Shown here: positions 28,446-50,118 of the stretch, in pieces
How positions within the stretch are numbered: the first letter of the stretch is position 1
Layout of the letters: each line of letters opens with the position of its first letter
Source of the DNA: the human T2T-CHM13v2.0 reference genome, Homo sapiens
NCBI RefSeq assembly: GCF_009914755.1
Contig: NC_060944.1
Reading direction: 5' to 3' (one strand)
Length of the DNA: 64,000 nucleotides
The notes under the pieces: generated by a model
The model's database searches: none
Seen by the model: only the letters and a program-made list of their open reading frames with translations
What the model was told of the DNA's origin: nothing
Program-made: the position numbers and the translations under genes

Positions 28446-29071
28446 CTACACATACTTAAAATGCAAATACTTCTCCCCATCCTACTTTTCCAGCTCTAAG
28501 TCTACTCCCCAAGAGAAGCATGTCTGATTATTTTAATTGTTTCTTCTGGCAGTTTCCTCAACAATTCTAAATGAAAGACAAAGCCTTATATTTGTTGATG
28601 CATCCATTTTGGATCATAATGTTCCTCCTAGGATGGCAGAGGATTTTGCTTTTCTCCATCACCATTCCCATCTTTTCTTCCCCATTTTTCCCAATATATT
28701 TTTATTGCTATTTTTGAGTCTCTGTTGCAAGTTATGTGCTTTTATCTTTCCTTTCTTGTTCTATCAACTGTAGACGGTATCTCCCAACCCTTCACATTGC
28801 AGGATGAAGAAAAAGCATTCCTACCCTCTCCTGTGGCTCTTGGCTCTCCTCTCCCCATTCTGTCCACTGACTTTTGCACCTGCATTTATACAGAATGCAT
28901 TTGTCATCAGTCTTTGTACAAAACTTGCTTTTGTTTCCCAGCATCAAAGGTGCCTGAACTCTGGAGGCTTGCTTGCCTTCCCTGCTTACATGTTAGAGGG
29001 GACCTACTGTGTGCCAGGCACTGTCCTTCACGCTGCAAATAGATTACCTCTAGTAATAATAGTAATGAAAA

Positions 29072-29510
<439 letters not shown>

Positions 29511-30239
29511 GAGAGTGATGAAGTGGAAGATGAGCCCCATGTATTGAATGCTCCCTAAAGAGCTGTTTTTAAACACTTTATGTGGATTGTCTTACTTACC
29601 AACATGGTACCTGTGAAGTAGGAATTATTATTATCTCCATTTTACAGATAAGGAAACTGAGGCATGATTAACTTGCTCAAGGTCACACAACCGGAAAATG
29701 GCAGAGCTTGGATTTGAACTTCAGACCACCTGTCAATCCCAATTTCTCTCTCTCAAGCCCACATTCTTACCTACCACCTGCTATCCCACACTTACCAGAG
29801 GGTGAGATTTCTAGTTCTAGTTCCCTCCACAGCCTGGCCCAGCCTGTATCCTCTGTAGTGCTCAACACGAGGCTGGACTGGCAGAATTGTTCTGCAAAAT
29901 GGGAAGGATCACTGATGCTGAGTCAGAGGCAGCAGCCTCCAGCAATTTGAAGGGGCGGGGGACCTAGTTCAAGGCCTGGCATGCAGGAGGTGCTCAATAA
30001 ACATGTGTGGCCTGAATGAACTAATGAATAAGCATGATTCAGTGGAGACAGCCCACTAGAAATGTGGGTGAATGTTCTTTCTGCCACTTCCTTTGTCCAT
30101 GAAAGAGGAAATAAATGCATTACCTCCATGAAGGTTGAGATTAAATATTGTATGACCGCTTAAGTTCCTTTCTAGGCTAAGGATCTAGAATTTATTCACT
30201 GATTTTTTTTTCATTCATTCATCCAGCCATCTAACAAAA

Positions 30240-30996
<757 letters not shown>

Positions 30997-31617
30997 TTAC
31001 ATCCTGTGTGGTCAGCAGTGATGGAGGGGCCGCAGAGATTTGGAAACAGGAGGGACACAGGATACAGATATAGGAGGGTAGAAGGCAGACTTCCTGGAGG
31101 AGGTGAAACCTAACCTGAGTCCCTAAGGTGATAGGAAGCAGGAACCAGGGAAGGGGAGCCTATTCTAACACAGTAGAAGCAGCAACTGCTGAGGTCTGGA
31201 TGAGGGGACCTCAACTGTGGCCCAAAACCCCAAGTTCCCATTGTGGCTCTGCCAACAACTGGCTGTGCGACCCAGGACAAGTCCTATCTTTGCACTGTGT
31301 CTGGGTTTCCCCGTGTGTAAGATGAGGCGGTTGCTAGGTGCTTATTGGATGCATTCCTCAAGTCCCGCCCTCCATCTCCTATTCCCCTCTCTTCTGGTTT
31401 AGTGCTTTAGGAAATGTGGCAGAAATCTTTTTCTGCCTGTGTCTAGGAAATCATAATTCATGCTGGCGTACCCTGGTTGTTGAGGTCCCTGAATCCTTGT
31501 GCCCACACTGCTGAAGACTCCTTGTGTGATACAAGTCAGGGGACATCTGGGTCTTGACTCCCCAGATGCTCCAGCTGGACCCTGCTGCCCTCCCTTGCCC
31601 ACCCTCTTCCATTGTAG

Positions 31618-31854
31618 ATGCCAAGGGGCTGAGCGATCCAGGGAAGATCAAGCGGCTGCGTTCCCAGGTGCAGGTGAGCTTGGAGGACTACATCAACGAC
31701 CGCCAGTATGACTCGCGTGGCCGCTTTGGAGAGCTGCTGCTGCTGCTGCCCACCTTGCAGAGCATCACCTGGCAGATGATCGAGCAGATCCAGTTCATCA
31801 AGCTCTTCGGCATGGCCAAGATTGACAACCTGTTGCAGGAGATGCTGCTGGGAG
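31618..31854 (+). CDS. HNF4A: HNF4A exon 8 (LBD, AF-2)
   Basis: 237 nt; ends ...[11 protein letters not shown] (AF-2 helix); weak donor G|GTCCGT. Confidence 0.99.
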
Positions 31855-31979
31855 GTCCGTGCCAAGCCCAGGAGGGGCGGGGTTGGAGTGGGGACTCCCC
31901 AGGAGACAGGCCTCACACAGTGAGCTCACCCCTCAGCTCCTTGGCTTCCCCACTGTGCCGCTTTGGGCAAGTTGCTTAA
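31855..31979 (+). CDS. HNF4A: HNF4alpha3-type C-terminus (exon 8 read-through)
   Basis: Frame continues [40 protein letters not shown] to TAA 31977-31979; AATAAA at 32222-32227. Confidence 0.9.
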
Positions 31980-32090
31980 CCTGTCTGTGCCTCAGTTTCC
32001 TCACCAGAAAAATGGGAACAAGGCAATGGTCTATTTGTTCAGGCACCGAGAACCTAGCACGTGCCAGTCACTGTTCTAAGTGCTGGCAAT
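31920..32090 (+). mobile_element. MIR overlapping the alpha3 C-terminus
   Basis: TTGGGCAAGTTGCTTAACCTGTCTGTGCCTCAGTTTCCTCACCAGAAAAATGGG matches the MIR core. Confidence 0.8.
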
Positions 32091-32221
32091 TCAGCAAAGA
32101 ACAAGATCTTTGCCCTCGGGGAGGCTGTGTGTGTGTGAGTATGTATGGATGCGTGGATATCTGTGTATATGCCCGTATGTGCGTGCATGTGTATATAAAG
32201 CCTCACATTTTATGATTTTGA

Positions 32222-32227
32222 AATAAA
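32222..32227 (+). terminator. intronic poly(A) signal for alpha3-type transcripts
   Basis: First AATAAA after the alpha3 stop codon. Confidence 0.6.
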
Positions 32228-32587
32228 CAGGTAATATGATAGAGTTTAACTGAAAAGGAATCCTCTTTAGATAGGGGAGGCCACAGGAGACCTCTCTGAA
32301 GTGGTGACTCTTGTGCTAAGACCCTAACGGCTGAAAGGAAATGGAAGGCTTAAAAGACAAGAGAGGAATATTCCAAGAAGAAGAAACTACTTCAAGGGCT
32401 GCGGATAGGAGAGAGTGTTGTGTTTGAGAAAGAAGGGCAAGGTTGTGAGATGGAGGACGTGTAGGAGGTGAAGATGGAGATTGGGCAGAAACCAAATCAT
32501 AAACATATGGCTTTGTCAGCCTTTTCAGAAATTTGGATTTTATTCTCATTGCAACTATTGTAAGGAGAGTGAAAACCAGACTAAGTA

Positions 32588-32885
<298 letters not shown>

Positions 32886-33211
32886 ACTAATGCTTCAAAC
32901 AAACCACTCTGTTGGGTAGAGAGTGAATTGCAGATTCCTGAGAATGTCACTGTCTCCAATCATGTGATGGATGATGGAGGCTTGGACCCTGGCAATGGAG
33001 CAGTGAAGATAAACCTGATCATCTATTTGGAGGAAGAGCCCACACCCACAGGATTTGCTGATTGATCAGACATAGGGAGTGAGAGAAAGAGGAAGAGTCA
33101 AGGACAAAGTCTACATTTTTGCTTTGAGTAGCAGAAATGACGATGGAGTAATTTACTGAAATGAGGAGGACAGAATAAACAACAAGACACTGGGTCTGGG
33201 GGTGGTAGTGA

Positions 33212-33588
<377 letters not shown>

Positions 33589-34025
33589 TGACTATTACAA
33601 ATCCAAGTTATCAAGGAGGCTGTTGAATGTATGAGTCTGTTGCTCAAGCACAAGATTAAAGGCAGCTCTGTGGAATCAGGGGGAAGATGGAGCCATGGAG
33701 GGAAGGGAAGAAGACTGGCCAGAGGGGTAGGAGAAAACCAGGGCAATTCCAGAATCCAAGAGAAGAGCGTGTTTGAAGGACAGAGTGTTTAATGGTGTTA
33801 AACTCTACAGAGAAACAGAAAGAAGCGGGGAAGAAAGGAGAGGTGAAGAGAGGAGGGGAAGAGAGAGGAAAGGGTCCATTGGATTGACAGCTGGAGGCTC
33901 TTGGCAATTGTGTTGAAAGCAGCATCAGAGAGCTGGGAGAGTGGAAACCAGATTGGAGAGTGCTCCAAAGAGAGTGAGTGGGAAGGTGGAGATAGAGTAG
34001 ATAACCCTTTGAAATGGTTTGACTA

Positions 34026-34812
<787 letters not shown>

Positions 34813-35790
34813 TATGTGATAGCTCATTTCATTCTCACTTTGACCCTGTGAACATGGGGTTATTATGAATCAGGTGTCATTGAGATCAGGATCAGGAGCC
34901 TGTGGTCTGTTGCCAAATAATTAAGAGCTCTCTGGGCTCAGTTGTCTCATCTGTAGAATGGGCTAATAATAGTATCCATCCTATAGGATTGCTGTGAGGA
35001 TTAAATTATGTGAAACATGGGAAGTGCTATACAACAGTACCTGGCACGTGATAATTGTTAATTATCAACAATTGTTATTTATCACTGAAATAGATGTACT
35101 GTAGAGATCGCTTGCAAGCGTTGAAATTCCATCATCGTCATATTACTCACCATAGGCTATTATTAAACCATATCCCATGTGGTATTTTTACTCCCTGACA
35201 TATGTTTGAAGCGGTTACTGTGTTCCAGACAATCTGCTAGGCCCTCAAAGAAAGAAGAAAAATACCTCTGAAATTGTAATGCTCATAGACAGAAGAAGTG
35301 GTTGTTCCTAAAAGTTGTGTTACAGACAAATTACTATGAGAAATCCAAGGAAGGAGAATCAGGAGAGGCTTCTAAAGAGAGGAAATATATGAGCTGGGAT
35401 TTGGGCTTATGGACATGGAACAGGTTTGGGGTGGAAAAACATCTCTGACAGAAGCAACAACGTGAGCAGAAGCATAGAGATAGAAAAACACAGGGGACAC
35501 ATAGATGCTATAAGTAGGTCAGTTGGCTGCAGCAGAGATGTGGGGGATGAGGCTGAAAGGTGAGGCGGGACCAAATGGTTGAAGGACTTGCACTCCAAGG
35601 AGCTTTGAGAGCCATTGATTACATCCATTATGTTACTATGTGACCAATACACTACTCATTAGAACATTTACGTGATCTCAGAGCTTCCTTATATGCACCT
35701 TGTTCCTTTCAACTCACTTTTGTTCTCTTGGTTTTTTGGGGTCCTCTTAACACCCTCATGAAGTCTATAGATGGGAATGGTACACCCTAG

Positions 35791-36135
<345 letters not shown>

Positions 36136-37092
36136 TAAGACAGGAGGCAGGAGAAAGTGGAGTCTAGAAGGTAGAACCAGGATGCAACAGTTTTCTGGGT
36201 TCCAGGGTAGGGAATAAAGGGCAAGATTGTCCATTTGTTGAGGCTGTTTATTCAGTAAGGTGACTGACAGCCTTTACTGAATGAAGCCATTGTTGGGATG
36301 AGGCAATCCACTGGATGAGGTAACCCATTGGGTGAAGATGTTCTTGGGTGAGAATTCCATTAGTTGACATTGTCCATTAAGTAAAAGTGGTCATTGAAGT
36401 AAGGCTGCACAGTTGGGTAAGGCTATCCATTAGACAATTATATGAGACTACCCATTGGGTCAGGATGTCTGCTGGGCTAGACCATCCTCTGAAACCTCCA
36501 AAGTATAAACTTGTCATTGGGCAAAGCTCTTCAAAGGATAAGATTATCAATGGGATGAAGTGATCCACTGAGATAAGATGATATTTTACTGACATTGTTC
36601 TCAGGGAAAGTTTTCCATTGAACAAAGATGGCCAATTGGGTCAAATTTGCTCTCCAAACCTGCCATGAGAGTGAGGCCAATTAGTTTCTATTACTCATCT
36701 CCTAAATATCCAAGAAATGGTATTTTTTGAGCCAGCTGGTCCGGGGTTTCATCAACTGCTGCTCCTTCTCCCAGGAAAGACTATCCCTGTCACCCATCCC
36801 ATTGCCGCTGGGGACAGCCAGGCCTGGGCCTTGGTTTGGGAGAAGCAGTCCAAGTCTGCATATCAAATAAATGATGGAGGAGATGGGTGGTAGGACCTTC
36901 CAGACCTCATAAAACTTAGGCTTTATGATCTGGGACTCACAGAAGGTTGAGCAATAAAAGACCTTAGGGATTATCTGGTTTAATTAATTCTCTCATTTTA
37001 TAGAGGAAGAAATTAAGTCAAGGTGGGGCAGGGTGGGAGGGGAGAACTTTCCCGGGCCTCTTCATTTACTCCCACAAAGGCTGGAATTTTGA

Positions 37093-37266
<174 letters not shown>

Positions 37267-40200
37267 CAAGCCGCTGGGGCTTGGGGGCTCCACTGGCTCC
37301 CCCCAGCCCCCTAAGAGAGCACCTGGTGATCACGTGGTCACGGCAAAGGAAGACGTGATGCCAGGACCAGTCCCAGAGCAGGAATGGGAAGGATGAAGGG
37401 CCCGAGAACATGGCCTAAGGGCCACATCCCACTGCCACCCTTGACGCCCTGCTCTGGATAACAAGACTTTGACTTGGGGAGACCTCTACTGCCTTGGACA
37501 ACTTTTCTCATGTTGAAGCCACTGCCTTCACCTTCACCTTCATCCATGTCCAACCCCCGACTTCATCCCAAAGGACAGCCGCCTGGAGATGACTTGAGGC
37601 CTTACTTAAACCCAGCTCCCTTCTTCCCTAGCCTGGTGCTTCTCCTCTCCTAGCCCCTGTCATGGTGTCCAGACAGAGCCCTGTGAGGCTGGGTCCAATT
37701 GTGGCACTTGGGGCACCTTGCTCCTCCTTCTGCTGCTGCCCCCACCTCTGCTGCCTCCCTCTGCTGTCACCTTGCTCAGCCATCCCGTCTTCTCCAACAC
37801 CACCTCTCCAGAGGCCAAGGAGGCCTTGGAAACGATTCCCCCAGTCATTCTGGGAACATGTTGTAAGCACTGACTGGGACCAGGCACCAGGCAGGGTCTA
37901 GAAGGCTGTGGTGAGGGAAGACGCCTTTCTCCTCCAACCCAACCTCATCCTCCTTCTTCAGGGACTTGGGTGGGTACTTGGGTGAGGATCCCTGAAGGCC
38001 TTCAACCCGAGAAAACAAACCCAGGTTGGCGACTGCAACAGGAACTTGGAGTGGAGAGGAAAAGCATCAGAAAGAGGCAGACCATCCACCAGGCCTTTGA
38101 GAAAGGGTAGAATTCTGGCTGGTAGAGCAGGTGAGATGGGACATTCCAAAGAACAGCCTGAGCCAAGGCCTAGTGGTAGTAAGAATCTAGCAAGAATTGA
38201 GGAAGAATGGTGTGGGAGAGGGATGATGAAGAGAGAGAGGGCCTGCTGGAGAGCATAGGGTCTGGAACACCAGGCTGAGGTCCTGATCAGCTTCAAGGAG
38301 TATGCAGGGAGCTGGGCTTCCAGAAAATGAACACAGCAGTTCTGCAGAGGACGGGAGGCTGGAAGCTGGGAGGTCAGGTGGGGTGGATGATATAATGCGG
38401 GTGAGAGTAATGAGGCTTGGGGCTGGAGAGGACAAGATGGGTAAACCCTCACATCAGAGTGACATCCAGGAGGAATAAGCTCCCAGGGCCTGTCTCAAGC
38501 TCTTCCTTACTCCCAGGCACTGTCTTAAGGCATCTGACATGCATCATCTCATTTAATCCTCCCTATTAACCTAGAGATTGTTTTTGTTTTTTATTCTCCT
38601 CCTCCCTCCCCGCCCTCACCCGCCCCACTCCCTCCTAACCTAGAGATTGTTACAGAAGCTGAAATTGCGTTCTAAGAGGTGAAGTGATTTTTTTTCTGAA
38701 ACTCACACAACTAGGAAGTGGCTGAGTCAGGACTTGAACCCAGGTCTCCCTGGATCAGAACAGGAGCTCTTAACTACAGTGGCTGAATAGCTTCTCCAAA
38801 GGCTCCCTGTGTTCTCACCGTGATCAAGTTGAGGGGCTTCCGGCTCCCTTCTACAGCCTCAGAAACCAGACTCGTTCTTCTGGGAACCCTGCCCACTCCC
38901 AGGACCAAGATTGGCCTGAGGCTGCACTAAAATTCACTTAGGGTCGAGCATCCTGTTTGCTGATAAATATTAAGGAGAATTCATGACTCTTGACAGCTTT
39001 TCTCTCTTCACTCCCCAAGTCAAGGGGAGGGGTGGCAGGGGTCTGTTTCCTGGAAGTCAGGCTCATCTGGCCTGTTGGCATGGGGGTGGGACAGTGTGCA
39101 CAGTGTGGGGGCAGGGGAGGGCTAAGCAGGCCTGGGTTTGAGGGCTGCTCCGGAGACCGTCACTCCAGGTGCATTCTGGAAGCATTAGACCCCAGGATGG
39201 AGCGACCAGCATGTCATCCATGTGGAATCTTGGTGGCTTTGAGGACATTCTGGAAAATGCCACTGACCAGTGTGAACAAAAGGGATGTGTTATGGGGCTG
39301 GAGGTGTGATTAGGTAGGAGGGAAACTGTTGGACCGACTCCTGCCCCCTGCTCAACACTGACCCCTCTGAGTGGTTGGAGGCAGTGCCCCAGTGCCCAGA
39401 AATCCCACCATTAGTGATTGTTTTTTATGAGAAAGAGGCGTGGAGAAGTATTGGGGCAATGTGTCAGGGAGGAATCACCACATCCCTACGGCAGTCCCAG
39501 CCAAGCCCCCAATCCCAGCGGAGACTGTGCCCTGCTCAGAGCTCCCAAGCCTTCCCCCACCACCTCACTCAAGTGCCCCTGAAATCCCTGCCAGACGGCT
39601 CAGCCTGGTCTGCGGTAAGGCAGGGAGGCTGGAACCATTTCTGGGCATTGTGGTCATTCCCACTGTGTTCCTCCACCTCCTCCCTCCAGCGTTGCTCAGA
39701 CCTCTGTCTTGGGAGAAAGGTTGAGATAAGAATGTCCCATGGAGTGCCGTGGGCAACAGTGGCCCTTCATGGGAACAATCTGTTGGAGCAGGGGGTCAGT
39801 TCTCTGCTGGGAATCTACCCCTTTCTGGAGGAGAAACCCATTCCACCTTAATAACTTTATTGTAATGTGAGAAACACAAAACAAAGTTTACTTTTTTGAC
39901 TCTAAGCTGACATGATATTAGAAAATCTCTCGCTCTCTTTTTTTTTTTTTTTTTTTTTTTGGCTACTTGAGTTGTGGTCCTAAAACATAAAATCTGATGG
40001 ACAAACAGAGGGTTGCTGGGGGGACAAGCGTGGGCACAATTTCCCCACCAAGACACCCTGATCTTCAGGCGGGTCTCAGGAGCTTCTAAAAATCCGCATG
40101 GCTCTCCTGAGAGTGGACAGAGGAGAGGAGAGGGTCAGAAATGAACGCTCTTCTATTTCTTGTCATTACCAAGCCAATTACTTTTGCCAAATTTTTCTGT

Positions 40201-40440
40201 GATCTGCCCTGATTAAGATGAATTGTGAAATTTACATCAAGCAATTATCAAAGCGGGCTGGGTCCCATCAGAACGACCCACATCTTTCTGTGGGTGTGAA
40301 TGTCATTAGGTCTTGCGCTGACCCCTGAGCCCCCATCACTGCCGCCTGATGGGGCAAAGAAACAAAAAACATTTCTTACTCTTCTGTGTTTTAACAAAAG
40401 TTTATAAAACAAAATAAATGGCGCATATGTTTTCTAAGTC
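37267..40440 (+). other. HNF4A: HNF4A 3'UTR to the main AATAAA
   Basis: Follows TAG; AATAAA 40413-40418 with U-rich downstream sequence; variant GATAAA at 38962-38967 is a candidate proximal signal. Confidence 0.8.
40413..40418 (+). terminator. polyadenylation signal AATAAA
   Basis: Canonical hexamer ~3.15 kb after the stop codon, followed by T/GT-rich elements. Confidence 0.75.
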
Positions 40441-40940
40441 CTTGGATAAGTATCTTTTCTTTCAGGTATCAGAAATAAGACTGAATCTTCTGGTTCTACT
40501 TGGGGGTTAAAAAATTTTTTTTAAAGGAAGAATGAGAATAGTTTTATAGTTCTTTGTGATGTGCAGAATGTTTTTGTGTCCATTATAATTTTTCAGTCTT
40601 CACATCAAGAGGTAAGCAGTTAGACATGATTACTCCCACTTTCCAGATGAGGAGACTGAGGCTTGGGGGAAGTGACTTCTCTTGGAAGGCAGAGGTGGAC
40701 ATCTAACCCTGGTCTCTTGATTCCAAGTACTTAGTATATCGAGAGAGTGAAAGTTGATCCCCCTTCTTGAAGAGGGGAGTGATGAGGGGAGAGTGCAATG
40801 GCAAGATCTGGAAGAATGGCAAGAGGGTCCAAGGGTCTGTCATCCTCCACCAAGGTTCAAGACAGAACCTTTTGCTGGGTCACCTCAATCTGCCAGCAAT
40901 GGAAGATGAGTAGCTGTGGGGACATTTCATAAAAGCAAGT

Positions 40941-40971
<31 letters not shown>

Positions 40972-40990
40972 GTTTTTTTTTCTAGAACAA

Positions 40991-41305
40991 GGCTGTGCAC
41001 AGTGGCTCACCTCTGTAATCCCAGCACTTTGGGAGGCTGAGGCGGGAGGATCACTTGAGCTCAGGAGTTCAAGACCAGCCAGAGCAATATAAGGAGACCC
41101 CATCTCTACAAAAAATTTAAAAATTAGCCAGGTATAGTGGTGTGTGCCTATAGTACCAGCTACTCTGAAGGCTGAGGTGGGAAGATTGCTTCAGCCCAGG
41201 AGTTCGAGGATGCAGTGAGCTATGAATGCAACACTGCACTACAGCCTGGATGAAAGAACAAGACTCTGTCTCAAAACATAAATAATAAGTAAAAAGAATA
41301 AAAGC
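40991..41305 (+). mobile_element. AluJ between the two distal poly(A) signals
   Basis: Sense Alu. Confidence 0.9.
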
Positions 41306-42163
41306 AAGAGATGCACTTGAGAATCTCCAGCCAGATCTGTAGCCACTGGGCTTCTCTCCAAGGCTAAACTATTACAGGAGGGTGGCCTTGTGTCTCGGTC
41401 ACCACAGACCACAGCGTTCCATTCACTCGGGGTTGTGCTGGAGCTGGCTTGTGAGAACTGACTGTTAGCTTCTCTTCCCAACTCCATGTTTGCCAGTGCC
41501 ACACTGATAGCTTGAAATTGGTTATTGCCGGAGTGTTTACACCACAAGGACTAGCAAACTCTACAAATCCGGGCTTTTGTTCCTGGAGAGCCCGTTGTTA
41601 ACATTCACCAGCACACCACAGCATTCGGCAATGGCTGGACCATGGGATGCCTACATATGGGGACATCCTCCTTGGGGATGAGGGTAGAGCAGGGCGATCC
41701 TTTCACCTCTTCCTTAAGGGAGGGGACAAAAGTTCTGGTCTGGGAAGCACACGTTTTGCTGATCAGCGTAACCTTGGGCAGGTCACTCCACCACTCCGAG
41801 CCTCATCTGTAAAGTGGGAATGATATCTCCCTCCAGGGCAGATGTCAGGATTCAATGGAATGAGATCACAGTAACTGTGAGAGCTCCCGTTACATGAGGA
41901 GTACAAGTGAACTCTTCATGCGCCCCTTTTTAGCGAGAAGTTAACCATTAAACTCTCCAGGCTTCAGAGCACCCATTCGCTGTCTACCTGATCCCTAGGG
42001 CCGCTCCCGCCTTCCCCTGTGCCTTCCCTCCACTAGTCAGCACCAGGAAATGTTTTCGATAACGTTGCAACGGAGGCCTTGTTCATGCTGCCGCCATCGG
42101 GGACAAGCGCGGGGGGCGGGGGGTGGAGGCCAGAGGAGACTATTTCAGTCCTAAATTGTGCTT

Positions 42164-42169
42164 AATAAA
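42164..42169 (+). terminator. distal polyadenylation signal AATAAA
   Basis: Canonical hexamer in unique, non-repeat sequence ~4.9 kb after the stop codon. Confidence 0.55.
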
Positions 42170-42483
42170 CCCATATCAAAACCATAAACCCTTGGCTGCC
42201 ATAAATTCCTCTACCCTTGGATCCTCCACCTCATCAGCCCTTTGCCCTGGTTAATCTCAAATCTCAGCGCAGGCAGCCGGAGCTTTAGGTTTGGTTTCTA
42301 CTTCAGTTGCTAAACAGCATCAGCTCAGGTGGCAGACAGTAAAATTCCCATTTTAGAGATGATGAAACTGAGGTTCAGAAAGGTGAAGAAACTTGTCCAA
42401 GGTCACACAGCTAGAGACCCCAGCCAAGACCTGAGCCCATGCTTCCACCACCCAGGTAGCCTGATTAAGAAATGGGAATTCTT

Positions 42484-43142
<659 letters not shown>

Positions 43143-43571
43143 ACTTCTTTTTAGCACCTCTGAAAAGTTGTTTCCCCAAGCCATGCTACTAGAAGCTTCT
43201 TATTCCATCATTCCATCATTGCTCAGAGTGGGGACCAGAAGTAGAAGGGACCCTGGGTGACAGGCTGCTTGAAGATCCAAAGAAAGTTTCATGCAGTGTG
43301 AATGGCCTGTCATCCCAAATTGGTGAAATCGTCCTACTTCCTCATTTGTGGAACCCAGATAACCTTTGAGCTACACTTCTCAAATCCACGTATCATATGT
43401 AAATTCCAGGATGTGATCTCAGAGGCCTGAATCACAGGATCCCAGGCAGCTGTTTGACAATGGTGGAGTTAGACACCAAATCATGATGCCAAGGACATTT
43501 ACTGGGCTCTTCCTCTTTGCCAAACATGGCTGGACATAATTTAATTCCCACAACAACCTCTGAGGCTGTCA

Positions 43572-43973
<402 letters not shown>

Positions 43974-44701
43974 TCACCACTCCATACCTGGTGTGGCCGC
44001 TGATCTGATGCTCATTGTCTGACTCCAGGGGCCAATATGAGGCCTCGAGGAAGACACTGGTGACTCCATCACTGCGTGGTGGGCACAGAAGTAGTGTGAA
44101 TGGTGGAAAGCTCATCTCATGACAAATGTTGATGGGCAGAGCCCTGTGCCGGGAACCCTGGGATTATGGAGAAGCAATAGCGTGAGGCGCCTCCCTCCCA
44201 GAGCTTTCAGTTTTCATATGGACAGGGGAAAATTAGAAGCAGTTAAGAGCCAAAGGGGTGAACGTGACAGCTGGTGAGGTGGTAGGGAGGGAGAGGCGAC
44301 TGCACTCAGGGAGTGGTGTATGCTTTGAGGGACGATTCAGAGGCAATAATGAGGCAAGACAGAAGTGCGCTCGAGGCTGAGGACTGAGCAGCAAGTGGGA
44401 GGAGGCAGCGGGAACTCTGTGCATGGGGGCAAGACGAGGGCTGGCATTTTCCAACCTTCGTGCACAGGCCACCTTGACCTCTCCATGCCCAAGGACCGCT
44501 GTAACTTCCATTACTTATTTTTCATTAAATCAGTTCAACATGATTCCCCTTAAACTTCAGGTCACTGACATAAATAGGAAACCAGCATCATTTGCCGTAA
44601 ATAAGAGGTGACTGCAAAATTAGTGAAAAGAAAACAATGTTTTTCAGCTGCAGCCAGGTGGAATCGCCCCAGGGAAAGCTCTGCTCTTGTTTTCGTATTA
44701 A

Positions 44702-46600
<1,899 letters not shown>

Positions 46601-47098
46601 AGATCTGTATCTTTAAAACAACACCCTGGCTGCTTTGTGGCAGACGAAGAGGTGCAACTGTAAGCTGGGAGACCAATGAAGACACAAGTGCACTGGATCA
46701 GGTGAGAGGTAGTGATGTCTACAACAAGATGGTGGCAGTGGAGTAGAGAAAAGCACCAATCCAAGAGACTTTCATTCATTCATTCATTCATTCGTTCATT
46801 CAACAAATATTTAGTGAGTGTCTATCTGTTGAACATTTTTCTGAGTCTGAGAGGTAGGCAGGGGTGAGACCAGAGGTAGCCTTCTAGGCCACGAGAAAGA
46901 TTCTGGATTTTCTTGTTGGTATAGTAGGAAGCTCTTCATTTTTGAATAGAGAAGTGATATGATCTGCTTGATGTTCTTAAAAGGCCACTCTCTGCTGTAT
47001 AGATAATGGACTATGTGGAAAAACAGTGGAAGCAGAGACGCCCACAGGTGGCCTGGGCAGTGGTCCAGGTGAAAGATGATGGCAGCATGGACTAGGGT

Positions 47099-48045
<947 letters not shown>

Positions 48046-48346
48046 GGTGGTGGTGGTGAGAGGCGGTCAGAGTGGAGTGTTCTGGAAGTAGAACAGCCAA
48101 GAACTTACTAAGGTATGTGAAGAAAAGTAACTGTGGCCAGGTGGTGCTGTCTGTTGACAGAGGAAGACTGGAGGAGCTGCAAATTTGGGTTAGAAAATAA
48201 GAGCTTGGTTTTGGATGTGCTGTTTGAGATCCCAATTAAACATCCAGGGACTTGTTGGATATATGAGTCTAGAGCTTGGGGAAAAGTTGGGGCTAGAGAT
48301 AAAGAGTCTAAGTCATAAGCATAGATGAGAAGTTTAATAATCAACT

Positions 48347-50118
<1,772 letters not shown>

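Noticed and set aside
41919-41936. Weaker CTCF-like motifs here and at ~21052 and ~53768
   Set aside because: Several core mismatches; not supportable without ChIP data
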